A DNA stretch of 10,974 nt from Octopus sinensis (Eukaryota). Below the pieces are notes generated by a model that had not been told where the DNA came from, ran no database searches, and saw only the letters and a list, made by a program, of their open reading frames with translations. This document shows positions 8,218 through 10,974 of the stretch, in pieces (the first letter of the stretch is position 1; each line of letters opens with the position of its first letter). The stretch is from NCBI RefSeq assembly GCF_006345805.1, contig NW_021827226.1, positions 1 to 10,974 on the forward strand. The letters run 5' to 3'. Made by a program: the position numbers and the translations under genes.

Positions 8218-8499
8218 AAATATATGTCTTTATAAGGTAGAAGGTATGTGGATTGATGAAAATGATAAAAGTCAACGTCTGCCTTAGCTGTATTAGAACC
8301 TATATAAAAGATGTAACAGAATATCACAAGGCATTTTGTCGGAGTTTAGTTACGCTATTACATAATATAGTTTGGTCTCATTTAGCTTCAGTCTTTTCTG
8401 ACGATAATTGTTTTAGCTCCAAGGTTAATAGCATTATGATTTTCTGGACTATTAAGCATATTTTTCATAGCATATATGTACGATGCTTATATCTATAAT

Positions 8500-8620
8500 T
8501 ATCTAGTAGGTGAGATCGTTATCATCCTAGGTTTAAAAATAAAAGGATCTTAGTTCGAATCCAGTTTGAGACAGATACTGCCAAGAATACGGCCCCGGTT
8601 ACGGTCGGATATGAAAAAAA
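8500..8620 (+). mobile_element. Possible highly degraded tRNA-derived SINE head
   Basis: Perfect B-box GTTCGAATCC at 8553-8562; A-box and cloverleaf are not convincing. Confidence 0.25.
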
Positions 8621-8807
8621 ACAAAAAACAATCAAGATTTTGTGTAGATGATAAATATTGTAAACACATAGGCAAGGTCAATAGCCTAGGAAATTATATA
8701 TAATCTTATTATAAAAAAAACTTATCTCATAAGTTAAAACATTTAAAGCCACCGGTCAATTCACAACAGCATTAATTACCTCTAATGCAGTCGATTAAGG
8801 CAATCAT

Positions 8808-8907
8808 TAGACGTCGGGCACAAATGCCTTGCGGTGATAATAGCTCTTTGTACTCTGAGTTCAGATTTGTTTTTCATCATTATTCCAGGGATGAATTAGT
8901 AAAGTAT
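8808..8907 (+). mobile_element. Old SINE family B-related fragment, interrupted by the SINE at 8908-9240 and continuing at ~9249-9280
   Basis: AAATGCCTTGCGGT...GCTCTTTGTACTCTGAGTTCA matches 1245-1286 and 9534-9555; TAAAGTAT matches 9605-9612. Confidence 0.5.
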
Positions 8908-9240
8908 CGCGAAGGTGCTTGGCTTAGTGGTTAGGGTGTTCGGTTCACGACCGTAAGGTCTTGAATTCAATTCCCTGCGCTGCGTTGTATCTTTCAGCAA
9001 GGCACGCTTTATTTCATGTTGACCAATGCCCTCAACTGGCAAAAACGAGTTATACTTATGATTCAAAGGACCAGCCATATCACTTTCTGTGTCACGCTGA
9101 ATCTCCCTGAGAACTACATAAAGGGTACGCGTGTCTGTGGAGTGCTCAGCCACTTAATTCCACGAGCAGGCTGTTCGATTGATCGGATCAACTGGAACTC
9201 TCGTCGTCGTAACTTACGGAACGCTAGTGTCAGTTTTAAA
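8908..9240 (+). mobile_element. Full-length tRNA-derived SINE family D (CORE-like centre) with an 8-bp TSD
   Basis: A-box TGGCTTAGTGG 8920-8930; anticodon-arm-like CGGT-TCACG-ACCG; degenerate B-box AATTCAATTCC 8964-8974; CORE-like CTTTCAGCAAGGCAC; direct repeat TAAAGTAT at 8900-8907 and 9241-9248. Confidence 0.8.
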
Positions 9241-9344
9241 TAAAGTATAAGTCGATGACGAGGGTTGATTCTATTCTTACTTTTTTTGCCCCTTTTCCTT
9301 TTCATTGATTGGAAGACTCATTAGCGTATCGAACAATTATACCT

Positions 9345-9436
9345 GGTGGTAATTATTTAAGTTTCTTTTGCCTTAAACCTTTTGACTTCAAATCCTGCCG
9401 AGGTCAAATTTGCCTGTAATCCTTCTGAGGTTGATT
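9345..9436 (+). mobile_element. Degraded SINE family B-related fragment
   Basis: TTCAAATCCTGCCGAGGTCAAATTTGCCTGTAATCCTTCTGAGGTTGAT matches 1283-1330. Confidence 0.7.
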
Positions 9437-9494
9437 CGTTTCTCTATTCTCTCGTTTTTTTTTTTCGTTCAACTTAAGTCATCAATTGGTAGTA

Positions 9495-9640
9495 TCGATA
9501 CAGCATCGAAATATGATTTGCGACAACTGTTCTAGCTCTTTACATTATAAGTTCGAATCCCTCTGAGGTCAAATTTGCTTTTTAACCTTTCGGTGAGTAA
9601 TATATAAAGTATCAGTCATGTACTGTGACTGAATATTTTC
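9495..9640 (+). mobile_element. Degraded SINE family B-related copy
   Basis: B-box AGTTCGAATCCC, then GAGGTCAAATTTGCTTTTTAACCTTTCGG...TAAAGTATCAGTCATGTACTG, colinear with family B. Confidence 0.7.
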
Positions 9641-9756
9641 TTCGCTTATTTTATTCTCTCTCTCAAAATCGACTGCATTCCACAGTGATATGGTAGTATA
9701 TGACTATTCACAATGTTACCTTATTTAACAAAAAAAAGGATGGAGGGGGGGGGTTG

Positions 9757-9872
9757 AACATGGAGTCAACAAACTCTTCTCTTCTAGCATGCTTCAAAAC
9801 TGCTCACATAAACCGGAGACCATGATGGACATGGATGTGCCACATGGCACGGAACAGCTATGCTCAAGTTAG
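9757..9872 (+). mobile_element. Possible 3' end of an RTE-clade LINE
   Basis: Frameshifted remnants MESTN..ASKL..NRRP(W>stop)..CATWHGTA resemble RTE ORF C-termini; terminal palindrome GTGCCA-CA-TGGCAC at 9837-9850. Confidence 0.4.
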
Positions 9873-10450
9873 ATCTTATAATGAGGATTTTTTAAATAAT
9901 TCTTTATTAGTCCTTTATGCTAAGTTTGGAACCATAACTTCCCTTGTTCTATTAGTTTATTAACGTTTCAGGACGTTCAGAGTTCCATTTTCAAAATATA
10001 GTGATGGCATTTATAGTATATTGTTCAAGTGCTTTGCACCAAGTTGCAGAGGTTTTGGGGGATAATCTTTTAGCTGAATTTAGAATTTACTACAGTAAGT
10101 CTTGCGGGTAATTTCATAACTAATATGAAACATCAGCGTCAGTTTTTAAATTATACTACAGTAAATTCCAATAGATTTCACGCTATATAGTTATTTATGA
10201 TATTGTAAATTTATTTTCAAGCATAATCGTTGTATAATTTAAAATCTGGCGTTGATGACTTTTGTTACTTATGAAAGTATTCCCAAACTGCTTTGCTGCT
10301 TAACACAAAACGCGCAAATAACATTCCATATACGCAATAACTTTTTTTTGAAATTGTACAGTAAAGATTTTGAAATGTCAGTCTCATGGGTTTTGTTTCA
10401 AACCAGACAAATAAGGAAATATGAAGAGAATAAAAACAATAAAAATCCAT

Positions 10451-10612
10451 AGGCGCAGGAGTGGATGTGGGGTAAGAAGCTTCCTTCCCAACCACATGGC
10501 TCCGGGTTCAGTCCCACTGTGTGGTACCTTGGGCAAGTGTCTCATACTATAGCCTCAGGACGACCAAAGCTTTGCGAGTGGATTTGGTAGACGGAAATTG
10601 AAAGAAATCCGT

Positions 10613-10616
<4 letters not shown>
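10451..10616 (+). mobile_element. 5' half of SINE family A (tRNA head plus CORE-like domain)
   Basis: A-box-like TGGATGTGGGG 10462-10472; B-box-like GGTTCAGTCC 10505-10514; CORE-like CCTTGGGCAAGTGTC; aligns to the reverse complements of 1015-1150 and 3955-4095; runs into (TA)n. Confidence 0.85.

Positions 10617-10650
<34 letters not shown>
10617..10650. repeat. (TA)n microsatellite
   Basis: Perfect TA run. Confidence 0.95.
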
Positions 10651-10654
<4 letters not shown>

Positions 10655-10974
10655 GAAATGAAGAAAATGCTGACAAATAATTGAAGTAATTTAAGTAATT
10701 TAATTAGGTGAAAGTTCTTTTTACCGGTTGCGCATTTGTTATGCTTATCAAAATATAAAAGAGAGATTAGAGTCTGTCTCTTATATGTAAAAAAAAGAGG
10801 CTCCAGAGTTGTTTTGGATTTGCTTGGTTTCGCGCCTAAAATTTTGATTGGTCATTATGAAGGGGTCACGTGAATGTTTGAATGGAAGTTGGTGTTGGGG
10901 TAAGAAAAAAGGCTCCAGAGAAGTTACAATTTGGCTAGTGTCCCCGCCTAAAATTTCTTATTGGCCATAATAAA
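10651..10974 (-). mobile_element. Probable Penelope-like element terminal repeat or retrozyme inserted in the SINE's (TA)n tract; extends past the window end
   Basis: Replaces the expected SINE 3' half; contains a hammerhead-like motif at 10717-10760(-) and a 112-bp-period imperfect direct repeat. Confidence 0.5.
10717..10760 (-). ncRNA. Degenerate minimal type I hammerhead ribozyme-like motif
   Basis: Minus strand TTTTATATT-TTGATAA-GCAT-AACAA-ATGC-GCAA-CCGG-TA-AAAAG: perfect 4-bp stem II, palindromic ACCGGT stem III, GUA site; core is U3/A8 instead of C3/G8 and GCAA instead of GAAA. Confidence 0.5.

Noticed and set aside
8911-8980. Functional tRNA gene (Val/Arg-like)
   Set aside because: Acceptor stem and T arm are not intact, and the sequence continues into a SINE body rather than an oligo-T terminator

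Overview
AT-rich, repeat-saturated eukaryotic (animal) non-coding DNA with no intact protein-coding gene. From recollection of similar repeats it is most likely octopus/coleoid cephalopod; this was not verified by a search. The window is a mosaic of nested mobile-element remnants and microsatellites. It holds at least four tRNA-derived SINE types (about 12 copies or fragments) and a complete 512-bp non-autonomous Helitron (2014-2525). It also holds a 426-bp DNA element with an 8-bp TSD and an internal telomere-like (CCCTAA)n tract (3159-3584), and a decayed DD37D/maT transposon fused to the 5' end of an oppositely oriented Tc1-like element (4532-5299). There is a probable RTE LINE 3' end, plus Penelope-like/retrozyme-like fragments with degenerate minimal hammerhead ribozyme motifs; two of these fragments end at (TA)n tracts. 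Of the supplied ORFs, only 4778-5077(+) and the first ~21 codons of 4923-5168(-) look like real (transposase) coding remnants. The others are microsatellite or chance ORFs. Coordinates of degraded copies are approximate, and family names are pattern-based rather than database-confirmed.
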